Made by a program: the position numbers and the translations under genes
The notes under the pieces: generated by a model
What the model was told of the DNA's origin: nothing
The model's database searches: none
The model's input: the letters and a program-made list of their open reading frames with translations, nothing else
Shown: positions 1 through 12,882 of the stretch, in pieces
How positions within the stretch are numbered: the stretch's first letter is position 1
Layout of the letters: every line of letters begins with the position of its first letter
Origin: Octopus bimaculoides
Taxonomy: Eukaryota
Direction: 5' to 3'
Assembly (NCBI RefSeq): GCF_001194135.2
Contig: NC_068982.1
Location: 29,664,973 to 29,719,105 of the forward strand
Length of the DNA: 54,133 nt

Positions 1-62
<62 letters not shown>
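1..62. repeat. (TG)n microsatellite; dozens of (TA)n, (CA)n, (TACA)n, (TAGA)n tracts throughout, most N gaps abut them
   Basis: Visible directly. Confidence 0.98.
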
Positions 63-63
<1 letters not shown>

Positions 64-329
64 ATGTATGTACTGTGCTTGTGTAATGTATAAATAATCA
101 ACAGTAGGACATTTAATTATTCATAAAGCATATCTGTTTCCCCAACCATTATGGCCCTGTCATAGTATTTCTGGTAGGATACACAGGAATGGTTCTACGA
201 GCTTCTCCAACGAGCATGTAGCTCCAGGTATTCATTACACAGAGAAATGGGAGTTTTAATTTTCATGCTTGTCCTGTGTTGACATCAGCAAACGTCAACC
301 AAGGGAAATAACATATCAATTACTATATT

Positions 330-593
330 CTTTTACTCTTTTGCTCTTTAATGATTTCATGCTGGATTGTACCTAGAACTGGCCATACTGGAGCAGCATC
401 ACAAAGATACACATACATAGATATATAAATATGTATGATGGGCTTCTTTCAGTTTCCATCTACCAAATTCACCCACAAGGCTTTGGTCAGCCTAAGGGTA
501 AAGTAGAAGAAACTTGCCCAAGGTGCCATGCAGTAAGACTAAACACTGAACAATATGGTTGGAAAAAAAGCTTATCACACAGCCATATCTGCA
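330..593 (-). mobile_element. tRNA-derived SINE, family A (decayed)
   Basis: Reverse-complement similarity to copies at 15868 and 48194. Confidence 0.7.
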
Positions 594-605
594 TCTATCC
601 ATAGA

Positions 606-638
<33 letters not shown>

Positions 639-892
639 NNNNNNNNNNNNNNNNNNNNNNNNNNNNNNNNNNNNNNNNNNNNNNNNNNNNNNNNNNNNNN
701 GTCGTGCAGGATTTTCAAATTTGAAAATCCTGCACGACCAGGTGAAAAGCGCTTTATTTAATATGTGACATTAATAAAAATCTGTAAATGTACAAACATC
801 CAGATTTCTGAGTACCTTAATTTTTTTCTATATAATTTCTGTACATCACCTCCAAACCTTCAAATATATATATATATATAACATTATTAGTA

Positions 893-1255
893 TGCCTGTC
901 CTTGTTGATGATAACCAAGGACATCACTTGAGAGAAGATGACTGGGTATGGTGTTTCCTTCTACAACTGATCAGTCCAATGTGTGCTCGGAAGGCTCTGC
1001 TTCAACTTGAGCATCAGTGGGCTGCTGGGACTAAAAGTAAGGAGTTGGCTCTGAACTTTTACAGTTCACATATTCTTTGTGCCTGTGAAAACCTCTGTTG
1101 ATACACCTTTACCAGGCGTGGTGGCCTCATGCTTGTGTTTCCCAGGTGTTGGGGTTGATGTCAGAGCTCTTCAGTGAGGCTTTGAGTGTATCCCTAATGT
1201 ACTTTTACTGCCCACCTTGCATGTCTTTACCTTCTACCAGTTCGCTCTATATATA
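893..1255 (-). mobile_element. RTE (BovB-like) LINE 3' end remnant
   Basis: Minus translation RDTLKASLKSSDINPNTWETQA...RAFRAHIGLISC matches the RTE ORF C-terminus and its terminal zinc-finger motif. Confidence 0.75.
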
Positions 1256-1319
1256 ATATATGTGAGATTTAAGAATATAAATAAGATTTATAAAAGCAAT
1301 ATATACATATGTACAAACA

Positions 1320-1735
1320 TTTTAGTTGGATGACCAGTGACTACACGTGAGTTCCTCCACTCTCTGATGAGTTTTGTCTCATTTATGCCCCACAAGGTGA
1401 GCCAACAAACACCCTCCTCACTAAGCAAGCATCAGAATCTAGGACCTGGCACCAGTCTTGCTTCCCCTCAGTTCAAAGATTTAAGCAAAGTCGACTCCAA
1501 CATTAGGACAAACTTCATGCAAGCATGAAGGGCATGCTGCTCTTCTAAATGGAAACCTTACTTGTCATTGTGGTTTAGTGGAATGAAGCAAAACGCCCTT
1601 GCTGTCCACTTAAGAAAACACATAGTAAACGATCCACAAACACTCAAGCAAACTGAGTCCTTGATTTGTTCCATTTGCCAAAAGGTCTGCAAGGCACCAG
1701 CAGGCCTCAAAAGACATTCATGTCAATAGAATTAA
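1320..1735 (+). mobile_element. RTE LINE 3' end remnant
   Basis: Ends LICSICQKVCKAPAGLKRHSCQ* (1661-1729), the RTE C-terminal zinc-finger pattern; upstream part decayed. Confidence 0.6.
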
Positions 1736-4700
1736 CACTTTATTTTACTGAACCCTCATTTGTTGTTCTCAACAAGAGAATCCATTATATCATATATATG
1801 TATATATGCACATATATACATGCATATATATCTATGTATATACAGAACAAACTTCTATCCAGTTTACATCAAGTTTATATTCAGTAACACTCTAAAGATA
1901 TTGATTGGCTCAAGGTTATATTAGAAACCAAAATGCACTGCAGAAGAAGTGAAACCAAAATCACCTGGCTGCAAAACAATTCACTCTGTATATCTTTGCT
2001 TAGGCAAAATTGAAACTCACAATGTAAAGAGTCATAATCAAATAGACACAAGCCATTCTGTTTGATGCTCTACCAAGTTTTGTCATCTTCCATCATATAT
2101 GCATTTATATAAGTATTGCCAGAATTTGAAATTAAATTGTGGAATTGGCTTGATAGCAGCTTATTTCTTTTTTCCCTAAAACATTCATATGTTTACGCAT
2201 TCTCTCTACCTTATAAACACATAGACACACACATACACACAAGCACATTCACTCACACATACACACAAGCACACACAAATATGCACACATACCAGTGCAT
2301 ACACTAGGTTTCTTTGTAGAAGATAACAAAAGCCAGAGGGTAAAAATAATGTCTTGCTCAACTGTTTATACCCGAGGTTATGGATAAATAAATTTACCCT
2401 TCAAATATTTTTGGTTGAGCTGCAACAACATCCAATTTGCTGCTGCAAGTCAGTTGCTACAGCAATTTTTGATTGTCATTGACATACATTTATAAAATTT
2501 TATATCATTTTGGGCAGAAAATGATTGAAAGGAATGCACACGTGCACACACACACTCACATAATGTAGCCACTGCACAAATTTAAAATGCAATATTTGAG
2601 AGCAGTAGTCACATCAGTGAAAATTAGTGGACAATGGACTGCAATAAATAGTATGCCAAGCCCCATTGCCATCCCAACTCCATCACCGTCTTTGAGAAAC
2701 ATCCATTACTCTCCTTGCCTTTAACACCTCAACTAATATAAAAGCACTCAACAAAGAAGCCACTGCATGGTCACATGATTTGCTAGAAGCAGAATCTAAA
2801 TCATGTACAACTCATGTACAAATAAAAAAAATAATTATCCATTGGATAATCAGTCTCAGGTGTAAAACACCTGGAAAATCATGGATTAGTCACAAATGGA
2901 ATGTCTTTGGTTCTAAGTTTGTTAAATCCAACCTTACAGGGAGTTAAACAACAGCAACAACAATAAAGAAACATTATTCTCAGTTTCTATTTGTGAAGGT
3001 AGGAACAATTATGAAAGGTGTTGAATATTTTTTGTAACAAAGTTGGTAGACTTTACCACCCAATTTTACACAGAAATTAAAGTCAAGCCCCAACAGAACA
3101 CAACGAAATAGGTTAGCCACAGTATATATATTGGTTTGTCACAAAAGTAATAGCTAACATATCTGTTACTATGTAAGATTTAGAGGAGAGCAAATGAATG
3201 CTAAGGTGTACAAAATTTTCTAAAAGGCATCAGTGATAAAAATGAAATGAATTGGACTCCCATTGGGAAACAAAACCATGGCAGGTAATGTTATCTCTGT
3301 TTTATCACTGTTGCTATAATTTTCTTGGCATAATTTTATCAACATTTGTGTACCAACAGCATTTATAGCAATAAAAAACACCTAGTTCTTAAAGCCTGCA
3401 AAATAAGCAAATTTCAGAGTTGGTTGCTCTAGGAATTACTATTTGCTCATGATTTGATATTCATGACAGTATAACTTATAGAATCACAGAAATCTGTAAT
3501 CTATATAATGCAAGCAGTGAAAATACAGAAGATAAACATGAATAAAAGCTGGGCATCATTTGGTAAAAATTGTCATAGTAAAAGCAAAAAAAAAAAAAAA
3601 AAGCCGCAAACAGTCAAAGCACTTATGTTACATCTATGGGAGAATGATGTTGATAGGAACCCAAATAGCAACCAATGAACATATAAGAGGTGTAATTTCA
3701 GTTCCATCAAACTGGCAATAAACTGAGTCTTACTATATTGAGGTTTATTGTATAACTGACTAGAAATGTTGTGCAGGCATGAAAGGCTATAAAATGATGC
3801 AAGATATAAAAACAAGAATTTAGATATGTTCTCTTGGTTCATTGACCTCATCAACTACAGTAAAGACATTAATGATAGCATAAAGTAGAGTTAATGAGTG
3901 GAAAGAGAATTAAAAAAGATAAAGAAAAACTAACTAACAAACAAAGAAAAAATATTCCATCTATACTGATGAAGAAATTTGTTCTCTGCTTGGGTCCACT
4001 ATGCAATGGGTGTATACTACCTGTATGAAGAAAAGAATGAAGAAGACATAAAAATGTAGTAGTGGGACATGATTCTGAGATAATGTATACACTTAGAGTC
4101 TAACTCTTAAGGAACAAAATGCAAAATAATGTGAAATCTAAAGTATTTGGTTTAAAATATGAGGAAAAGAAAACAGAGTCGATGGGAGCATAAAAATTTC
4201 TTTCATCTTTTGTCTTCTGGTTCCTTTTCCACGTTATTATTATTATCACTGTCACAGCTGAGGCATTGGATCAAGAAAACTCTTTGTACTTGCCAAGGAC
4301 AGGATAACCTCTCCTGTGCTGGTGCCATGAATATAATTCACCAAGTAAACTCTGCAATGTAGTAGGTGATATTTCTTCCTTTAATTTATTAAAGCCCCAC
4401 ACCACTCTCTTGTTAATTTATTTCCCTGCCACCATCACCATTTCTGTTTCTTCTGGCCCTGGTCATTCATTTATCTGTTGTTTAAAACACCTCAAGTAAT
4501 ATAAACGAGTTATATTATACAAACACACTCTTTCACTAATTTCAGTCATTGGACTGTGATCATGCTGGAGCACCAGCTTGAAAAGAAGAGCTGACTTTGA
4601 CAAGATTCAAACCCAGATCACGGAGAGCTGGAATAAATTTATAACAAAGTATTCTGTCTGAAGTACTAACAACTCTGCCAATTTAAGTTTTATCTCATTT

Positions 4701-6184
4701 TTTTTTATATGTTGAAAGTCACTCCAAACAAGGTAGCAAGTGGCCAGTAATAAAATAGGTCTCAAAAACCCACTTAGAATGTTGTGAGTTACAAAAGAAA
4801 ATCAAAAGAAACTCGTGCAAAGCTGCCCTAAGAGTCACAAAACAATCACTCAAGATTTAAAAGATTTATGATCATGTTTATCAGTGAAACAAAAAGGAAG
4901 AGTGTTCCTTAAGATAGATGTTTGAGGAATGAAATTACTAAAGTAGAAACACTTCTTCACAGAATGGGGACAACTAAGGGAATGAGAAATAGCAGATAGA
5001 TGAGTTATTCAATAAGAAACTTTAAGAGGAAGGACAAGGGAAGAAAGTTTAGCAGAAAAACAACCATGAAAATATTTATGGAATAAAGATAAGGAATGGG
5101 TAGGCAGAGCTGTGTGGTTAAAAAGCCTGATTTGTAGCTATTGGGTTTTGGGTTCAATCCCATTGTGAAGCAGTTTGGGCAAGAGTCTTCTTCTATAGCC
5201 TTGGACCATGCATGATCACAACCAACACAGCCTTTTAGTAGATCATAGTGATCCTAGTACTTATTTCAGTCTATGTTTTTTCAACAGCTTGGATTGTCTC
5301 AGTTACCAGATAGACATACATGGAGAGAAGCAAATGTACACATTCACACACAGATATAAGATACACATACATGCATACATCTTTTAACATTTGTTTATCA
5401 TAGTACATTTAATCTTTAAGGTATAACAATATCAGAATAAAAATTATATGGAAGATATCAGAACATGCTAAGGTAATGGTGGATGTTATCTGTGTATTTC
5501 AGAAAAAGAAAATTAATATATTTTTTTCAGAAGAATTCTATCCTAAACACCCACTCAGAACTAATATTTTACTATTTCCAGAAACCCAAATATTTATGGA
5601 AATACTTTAAAAAATATAACATTTGAACATTGAGCAAGCTTGTACCCAATTACTACACACTGTAAATGAATTAAAAATCTTTTGTTAGCATGCAGCTCAC
5701 ATTCAATGTTTTTGTTGTCATAAATTGGAAATATTTGTTGAAATATTTCGAAATATCTAACAGTTAAATGTACCACAGCCTTGCATAAAGCTGCTACATG
5801 CTTTAACCAAATCAGAAGATTTTTCTATTGTTAACATGTATTGCATATTCAATGGTAGTTATTTATTATATAAATAAAAGATCAGTGAAGTCAAATCTGT
5901 TATTGCTTGAGAATTGGTAAAATGTGTAACCGATGTATAACTGAGAGTCACGTTCTGTATAGTTTCAGCATACATATATTTAAACACATACATATATATA
6001 TACACACATACACATATATACATATACTCATGCAGATACTGAAATTTGCATATCCTATCAATGCAAATGCTTTTGTGTGGATATATAAATAAACTCACAC
6101 ACATTGATGCAGTAATATGCACATGTATCTATGTGCAAGTACATACAAAAACTACCATGCATATACATATGCATACACATACAT

Positions 6185-6271
<87 letters not shown>

Positions 6272-7254
6272 NNNNNNNNNNNNNNNNNNNNNNNNNNNNN
6301 NNNNNNNNNNNNNNNNNNNNNNNNNNNNNNNNNNNNNNNNNNNNNNNNNNNNNNNNNNNNNNNNNNNNNNNNNNNNNNNNNNNNNNNNNNNNNNNNNNNN
6401 NNNNNNNNNNNNNNNNNNNNNNNNNNNNNNNNNNNNNNNNNNNNNNNNNNNNNNNNNNNNNNNNNNNNNNNNNNNNNNNNNNNNNNNNNNNNNNNNNNNN
6501 NNNNNNNNNNNNNNNNNNNNNNNNNNNNNNNNNNNNNNNNNNNNNNNNNNNNNNNNNNNNNNNNNNNNNNNNNNNNNNNNNNNNNNNNNNNNNNNNNNNN
6601 NNNNNNNNNNNNNNNNNNNNNNNNNNNNNNNNNNNNNNNNNNNNNNNNNNNNNNNNNNNNNNNNNNNNNNNNNNNNNNNNNNNNNNNNNNNNNNNNNNNN
6701 NNNNNNNNNNNNNNNNNNNNNNNNNNNNNNNNNNNNNNNNNNNNNNNNNNNNNNNNNNNNNNNNNNNNNNNNNNNNNNNNNNNNNNNNNNNNNNNNNNNN
6801 NNNNNNNNNNNNNNNNNNNNNNNNNNNNNNNNNNNNNNNNNNNNNNNNNNNNNNNNNNNNNNNNNNNNNNNNNNNNNNNNNNNNNNNNNNNNNNNNNNNN
6901 NNNNNNNNNNNATCTATGTGCAAGTACATACAAAAACTACCATGCATATACATATGCATACACATTGTCTTAATATACATGCTCCTCTCTCATTCCAGTA
7001 CACTCTTATTCAGTCTATATTCTTAGACCACCACATTTTGGGAGGTTTACTTTGAAGATAATTCTTAAAAGACTATTTTCGTTAGAATTTTCAAATTTAA
7101 TTTCACGATGAATAACTGTTTTATTTCAATGTCTTCCTTAATAACAAAGCAAACTCACTCATTATGTTTCATCATTTTCAATCAAAGTCATTTAAACTAT
7201 CTTTTTCACTCTCTTTCTTCCTTTCTTTCTTTCATTCTATTTCTTCCAGTTATA

Positions 7255-7285
<31 letters not shown>

Positions 7286-7323
7286 TTAGAGAAAGGTTCT
7301 TCATTATAGAGACTTTTTCTTAC

Positions 7324-7389
7324 CAAAATTTTGTAGTTGATACTGTTAGAAGTACTGCATCAAAAGCAGCAGCAGCAGTAGTAGTAGTG

Positions 7390-7444
<55 letters not shown>

Positions 7445-7796
7445 CAGCAGCAGCAGCCGCAGTAGTGTTGGTGGTTGACGTTTTTGTGGTAGTGGTTGTT
7501 GTAGTAGTAATAGTGGTGGTGGTGGCGGTGGTGGTGGTGGTGGTGGTAGTAGTAGTAGTAGCAGCAGCAGAAGCAGCCGCAATAGTGTTGGTGCTGGTTG
7601 ACGTTTTTGTGGTAGTGGTTGTTGTAGTAGTAATAGTGGTGGTGGTGGTAGTAGAAGTAGTATTAGCAGTAGTAGTAGTAGTAGTAGTAGTGTTGGTGGT
7701 GGTTGACGTGTTTGTGGTAGTGGTTGTTGTAGTAGTAATAGTGGTGGTGGTGGTGGCGGTGGCGGTAGTAGTAGTAGTAGTAATAGTAGTAGTGGT

Positions 7797-7829
<33 letters not shown>

Positions 7830-7892
7830 TGTAGTAGTAGTAGTAGTAGCAGCAGCAGCAGCAGTAGCAGCAGCATCGTTACCATCATCATA
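7324..7892 (-). CDS. Candidate internal exon encoding a Thr/Ala-rich mucin-like segment
   Basis: Acceptor ttcctttgaatcatttgccag| before 7892, donor |GTAAGA after 7324; the 569-nt frame between is open (YDDGNDAAAT...TTKTSTTNTT...AAAAFDAVLLTVSTTKF). Could be a chance property of a microsatellite. Confidence 0.3.
7364..7875. repeat. Compound (GTA/GTG/GCA)n trinucleotide tract with three higher-order units
   Basis: GTTGACGTKTTTGTGGTAGTGGTTGTTGTAGTAGTAATAGTGGTGG occurs three times. Confidence 0.95.
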
Positions 7893-8087
7893 CTGGCAAA
7901 TGATTCAAAGGAATTTTCCTGCTAGATCCTAATAGCTTCACGCCGTGTTCTACAGTCGAGCAGATTGCAAAGTCTATTTGTGTATTTATATTTATCATTG
8001 TTATTATCATTGTCATGGTTGACATTGGCACCATTGTTAAGTGAGTATCAATATTAGTGTCAATGATGTTGTTGTCATTGTCATTAG

Positions 8088-8120
<33 letters not shown>

Positions 8121-8884
8121 TATCAATATCGTTATCATCATCATCACTGTCACTATTGCTGGTTTCCATCCCATTTTCAGAGGCTGGATCACTTCAATGT
8201 GTAGTGGTATCTGCTCAGTGGTCAGACAAAAGGGCCTCCAATCAAATCTATTTGCATCATACACTCAGTATACCAAAGGCGTCTGCTTTTACATCATTTC
8301 TGATTCATGAGCAACTGCTGATGAAAGTAGGAGTGAGTGTTGAGAGACATCTTGGTCAAACAGAGACATAGTATATGAACAACATCACTGTAAAGAAATT
8401 GGATGGTAGGAAGATTGTATTTGGAGATGTATTTGCAACATTTCTACAGGAATATGAGATTGTCGCAAGAGTAAAACTTAACCTTAACTATTCAGAGGAT
8501 ATTCAGTCCAGCACCTGGAATGGCAAAACATGTTATGACCAGCATGATGGAGCACTGAACAGATGAACTAATTCAGTTGTTTTGGGTTTTGTTCAGTCAA
8601 AATGCCTGGACAGATAGGAACTGGAAGGGTACAAGGTGGACAGTTTCACTAAGAAATTTGCAAAAAAGAAATCTATTGACACCAATTGCCAATCTCTCAC
8701 CACAACAAAACAAAAAGGGAAATATTAATCCATAGACTAACTCCAATTCATATTACCACTTGACCATTAAATGCTGCTTCTTTTAGTCAGACTAGACTGA
8801 AAGTGTCAGTTCTTTCACCTCTTGCTGTGGAAAAGAAGCATTCCACTGGTCTAGCACTACATTTTTTTTATGTCAACATGTTGG

Positions 8885-9242
8885 CATGAGGTCATGCTTG
8901 AGAAGAAGATCCATCAAACCAAGCAAAATCACAGTCGTGGCAGATACTGGTGTCCCGCAAATGGCACCCGTGCCAGTGGGATGCAAAAGCACCCATTACA
9001 CTGTCAGAGTGGTTGGCATTAGGAAGGGCATCCAGCCGTAGAAAACCATGCCAGATCAGACTGGAGCCTGGCACAGCCTTCCAGCATGCCAGCCCAGTCA
9101 AATCATTCAACCCATGTCAACATGGACAATGTCAACATGGACAATGTCAACATGGACAATGTCAACATGGACAATGGCAAACTGTTCAGCCCAGTTAAAC
9201 CGTTCAACTCATGCTAGCATGGACGTTAAATTATGATGATGT
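8885..9242 (+). mobile_element. SINE family C (GGAAGGGCATCCAGCC core, (GAT)n tail)
   Basis: Same core at 25222-25490(+), 27492-27790(-), 33445-33600(-), 42030-42395(+). Confidence 0.8.
9114..9173 (+). repeat. Perfect 15-bp tandem repeat x4
   Basis: ATGTCAACATGGACA repeated four times. Confidence 0.95.
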
Positions 9243-9728
9243 TCTGTGCAGAAGACTTAGAAGACTAAGGATAACAAAGATAAGCACAGACATTTCAGAA
9301 TCTACAGACATGTCTGGACAATCTACAGGTGTCAACACCATTGTCAGATATGCTTTCACTCAGTACAACACTTTGGAGCTTAATAGTGTCCAATAGTGGC
9401 TCCCTCATCATCACCCCTAGTTGCTATGTAAAAGATTCTTACTTCTATAATTGGCAGAAATGGTAGACTGATGCATTTAATACATTGTAGTGCTTTGTTA
9501 CGATCTGTTATATTCAAAGTTTTTTCAACTCTCACTTGAAATCAATTTTGCCCTTCAATGTTCCCGGCATGAAAAAATAAAGGACTAGTCCAGCACCAGT
9601 CATTGTGAATGACTGTCCCCTTCCTTTGACTCTTTGTTAGAAAGTATCATCAGAATTACAAGTACTAAATAAATATAAATACATACATACACACATATAC
9701 ATAGATACATAGATACATACATACATAT

Positions 9729-9773
<45 letters not shown>

Positions 9774-10215
9774 TGTATGTATGTGTATATATATNNNNNN
9801 NNNNNNNNNNNNNNNNNNNNNNNNNNNNNNNNNNNNNNNNNNNNNNNNNNNNNNNNNNNNNNNNNNNNNNNNNNNNNNNNNNNNNNNNNNNNNNNNNNNN
9901 NNNNNNNNNNNNNNNNNNNNNNNNNNNNNNNNNNNNNNNNNNNNNNNNNNNNNNNNNNNNNNNNNNNNNNNNNNNNNNNNNNNNNNNNNNNNNNNNNNNN
10001 NNNNNNNNNNNNNNNNNNNNNNNNNNNNNNNNNNNNNNNNNNNNNNNNNNNNNNNNNNNNNNNNNNNNNNNNNNNNNNNNNNNNNNNNNNNNNNNNNNNN
10101 NNNNNNNNNNNNNNNNNNNNNNNNNNNNNNNNNNNNNNNNNNNNNNNNNNNNNNNNNNNNNNNNNNNNNNNNNNNNNNNNNNNNNNNNNNNNNNNNNNNN
10201 NNNNNNNNNNNNNNN

Positions 10216-10265
<50 letters not shown>

Positions 10266-11087
10266 TTGCATAGTGGTTGTGTAAGTGCACATATGTGGGA
10301 GTAAGAAACTTTGGGGACAAGCAAAATAAAAAAGAAGTGTCGGTGGGGAGACGGAATAATAGGAACATAAGCATACATATTCCGGAGGAAGAAACATTAT
10401 TGATAAAGATCAAAACAAAATTTTAAAAAAATGGACAACAGAGAGAGAGAGAGAGAGAGAGGCAGGAGGACAGACAGAGAGATAGACAGATGGGTAGCAG
10501 AGAATTGAAATGATTCAAAACAGAAAAGAGAAAGCAACAGAACGGGGAAGAGGGAATATCATTTCATAGACAGAAATAATGTTACGCTAAGCAAGTTGCA
10601 GGAAATGTACAATAATTATTATATTTCTGTAATAAAAGTTTCTGAAAACCTGTTCCATTCAAACTTCTATATTGCAATAGAATATATAATGGGCCAGTCA
10701 TAAAAGATGCAAGAGTAAGTAAGAAATTCAATGTACATCATATGGTGTTGTGCAAGAATGCAATAGAGGCTGATATAGTACAATGCATAAATAACTGCAG
10801 TTTTCCAATTTATATAATATAATCATCAAAAGAAGAAATAATAATAATAATAAGGTGTGAATGTGTTTGTTTGATAGTTTGTTTGTTTGTTTTGGGGGTG
10901 GGGGTTGAGGGCTTGTTTTCTTTTTTTACCTAGTGTTTTGTTTTGTTTCTTTATTTACACTCCACCATTGCCACCACTACCTCCACCACCACCACCACCA
11001 CCACTGCCGTCAGTGTGGCAAGGACTCAAAAGTAAAGATGACTGAGGAAACATTGATGACAGATCACCAAGGATTTATAAATGCATA

Positions 11088-11118
<31 letters not shown>

Positions 11119-11180
11119 TTGCATATGCCTATATCTATATATTTATGTGTAATGTGTGTATATATATATATATGTGTATA

Positions 11181-11217
<37 letters not shown>

Positions 11218-12370
11218 NNNNNNNNNNNNNNNNNNNNNNNNNNNNNNNNNNNNNNNNNNNNNNNNNNNNNNNNNNNNNNNNNNNNNNNNNNNNNNNNNNN
11301 NNNNNNNNNNNNNNNNNNNNNNNNNNNNNNNNNNNNNNNNNNNNNNNNNNNNNNNNNNNNNNNNNNNNNNNNNNNNNNNNNNNNNNNNNNNNNNNNNNNN
11401 NNNNNNNNNNNNNNNNNNNNNNNNNNNNNNNNNNNNNNNNNNNNNNNNNNNNNNNNNNNNNNNNNNNNNNNNNNNNNNNNNNNNNNNNNNNNNNNNNNNN
11501 NNNNNNNNNNNNNNNNNNNNNNNNNNNNNNNNNNNNNNNNNNNNNNNNNNNNNNNNNNNNNNNNNNNNNNNNNNNNNNNNNNNNNNNNNNNNNNNNNNNN
11601 NNNNNNNNNNNNNNNNNNNNNNNNNNNNNNNNNNNNNNNNNNNNNNNNNNNNNNNNNNNNNNNNNNNNNNNNNNNNNNNNNNNNNNNNNNNNNNNNNNNN
11701 NNNNNNNNNNNNNNNNNNNNNNNNNNNNNNNNNNNNNNNNNNNNNNNNNNNNNNNNNNNNNNNNNNNNNNNNNNNNNNNNNNNNNNNNNNNNNNNNNNNN
11801 NNNNNNNNNNNNNNNNNNNNNNNNNNNNNNNNNNNNNNNNNNNNNNNNNNNNNNNNNNNNNNNNNNNNNNNNNNNNNNNNNNNNNNNNNNNNNNNNNNNN
11901 NNNNNNNNNNNNNNNNNNNNNNNNNNNNNNNNNNNNNNNNNNNNNNNNNNNNNNNNNNNNNNNNNNNNNNNNNNNNNNNNNNNNNNNNNNNNNNNNNNNN
12001 NNNNNNNNNNNNNNNNNNNNNNNNNNNNNNNNNNNNNNNNNNNNNNNNNNNNNNNNNNNNNNNNNNNNNNNNNNNNNNNNNNNNNNNNNNNNNNNNNNNN
12101 NNNNNNNNNNNNNNNNNNNNNNNNNNNNNNNNNNNNNNNNNNNNNNNNNNNATATACATACATATATATATATGAATATGCATACACACACATACATATT
12201 TCATTTCATTTCATTTCAAAGTTTCAGCTCAGAGCTGCGGCCATGCTGATGCACCACCATGCATATTTATTTACAAATTTAATGATTTATGACAAACTGT
12301 AATATGTTTTGATGTAGTGATTGCTTCTAATGAGTAATGAATAGGTAAAGTCTGTGTGTGAGTGTGTGTG

Positions 12371-12420
<50 letters not shown>

Positions 12421-12451
12421 ACTATCTATCCACATATATATATATGTATTG

Positions 12452-12597
12452 GTGCAGACGTAGCTGCTTGGGAAGAAGCTTGCTTCCCAAACAACTGGTT
12501 CTAAGTTCAATTCCACTGTGCAGTACTTTAGCCCTGGAGCTAACCAAAGCTTTGTGGGTGGATCTGGTAGACTAACTCTGAAAGAAGCCTGATGTAT
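12452..12597 (+). mobile_element. SINE family A head
   Basis: Similar to the 48194-48345 head, followed by (TA)n. Confidence 0.75.
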
Positions 12598-12613
12598 ATA
12601 TCCATGTATATGG

Positions 12614-12664
<51 letters not shown>

Positions 12665-12721
12665 GATAAATACATCAGGCTTCTTTCAGAGTCCGTCTAC
12701 TAGATCCACCCATAAAGCTTT

Positions 12722-12882
12722 TTCTATTTTCTCTCCCACTTTATTTCTGTGTTCCTTTCTGTTGAAGAGCATAGGCTCGAAACGTAAAAGACTTTCTCAC
12801 TTCCTGAGTGTTAAACTAATACATCTGTTTGTTGTTTACACACCCATCTTCGTCTTTTGCTATTTTTTTAAATAAATTCTCA
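12722..12882 (+). mobile_element. Short PLE-like terminal fragment (pseudo-LTR type) carrying a hammerhead-like motif
   Basis: Hammerhead-geometry motif at 12755-12790 in a ~160-bp unit with sharp boundaries; PLE assignment is inferred from the motif, no coding sequence is present. Confidence 0.5.
12755..12790 (+). ncRNA. Variant minimal type-I hammerhead ribozyme (A6>U core)
   Basis: CUUU-CUGUUGA-A-GAGC-AUAG-GCUC-GAA-ACGU-A-AAAG: stem I CUUU/AAAG, stem II GAGC/GCUC, palindromic ACGU stem III, GUA triplet. Confidence 0.55.

Noticed and set aside
7108-7932. Poly-Val plus-strand ORF and poly-Leu/Pro minus-strand ORF
   Set aside because: Alternative frames of a trinucleotide tract; only the Thr/Ala frame has bracketing splice sites.
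8160-8566. Short ORFs possibly from a decayed LINE
   Set aside because: No diagnostic motif; cannot assign.
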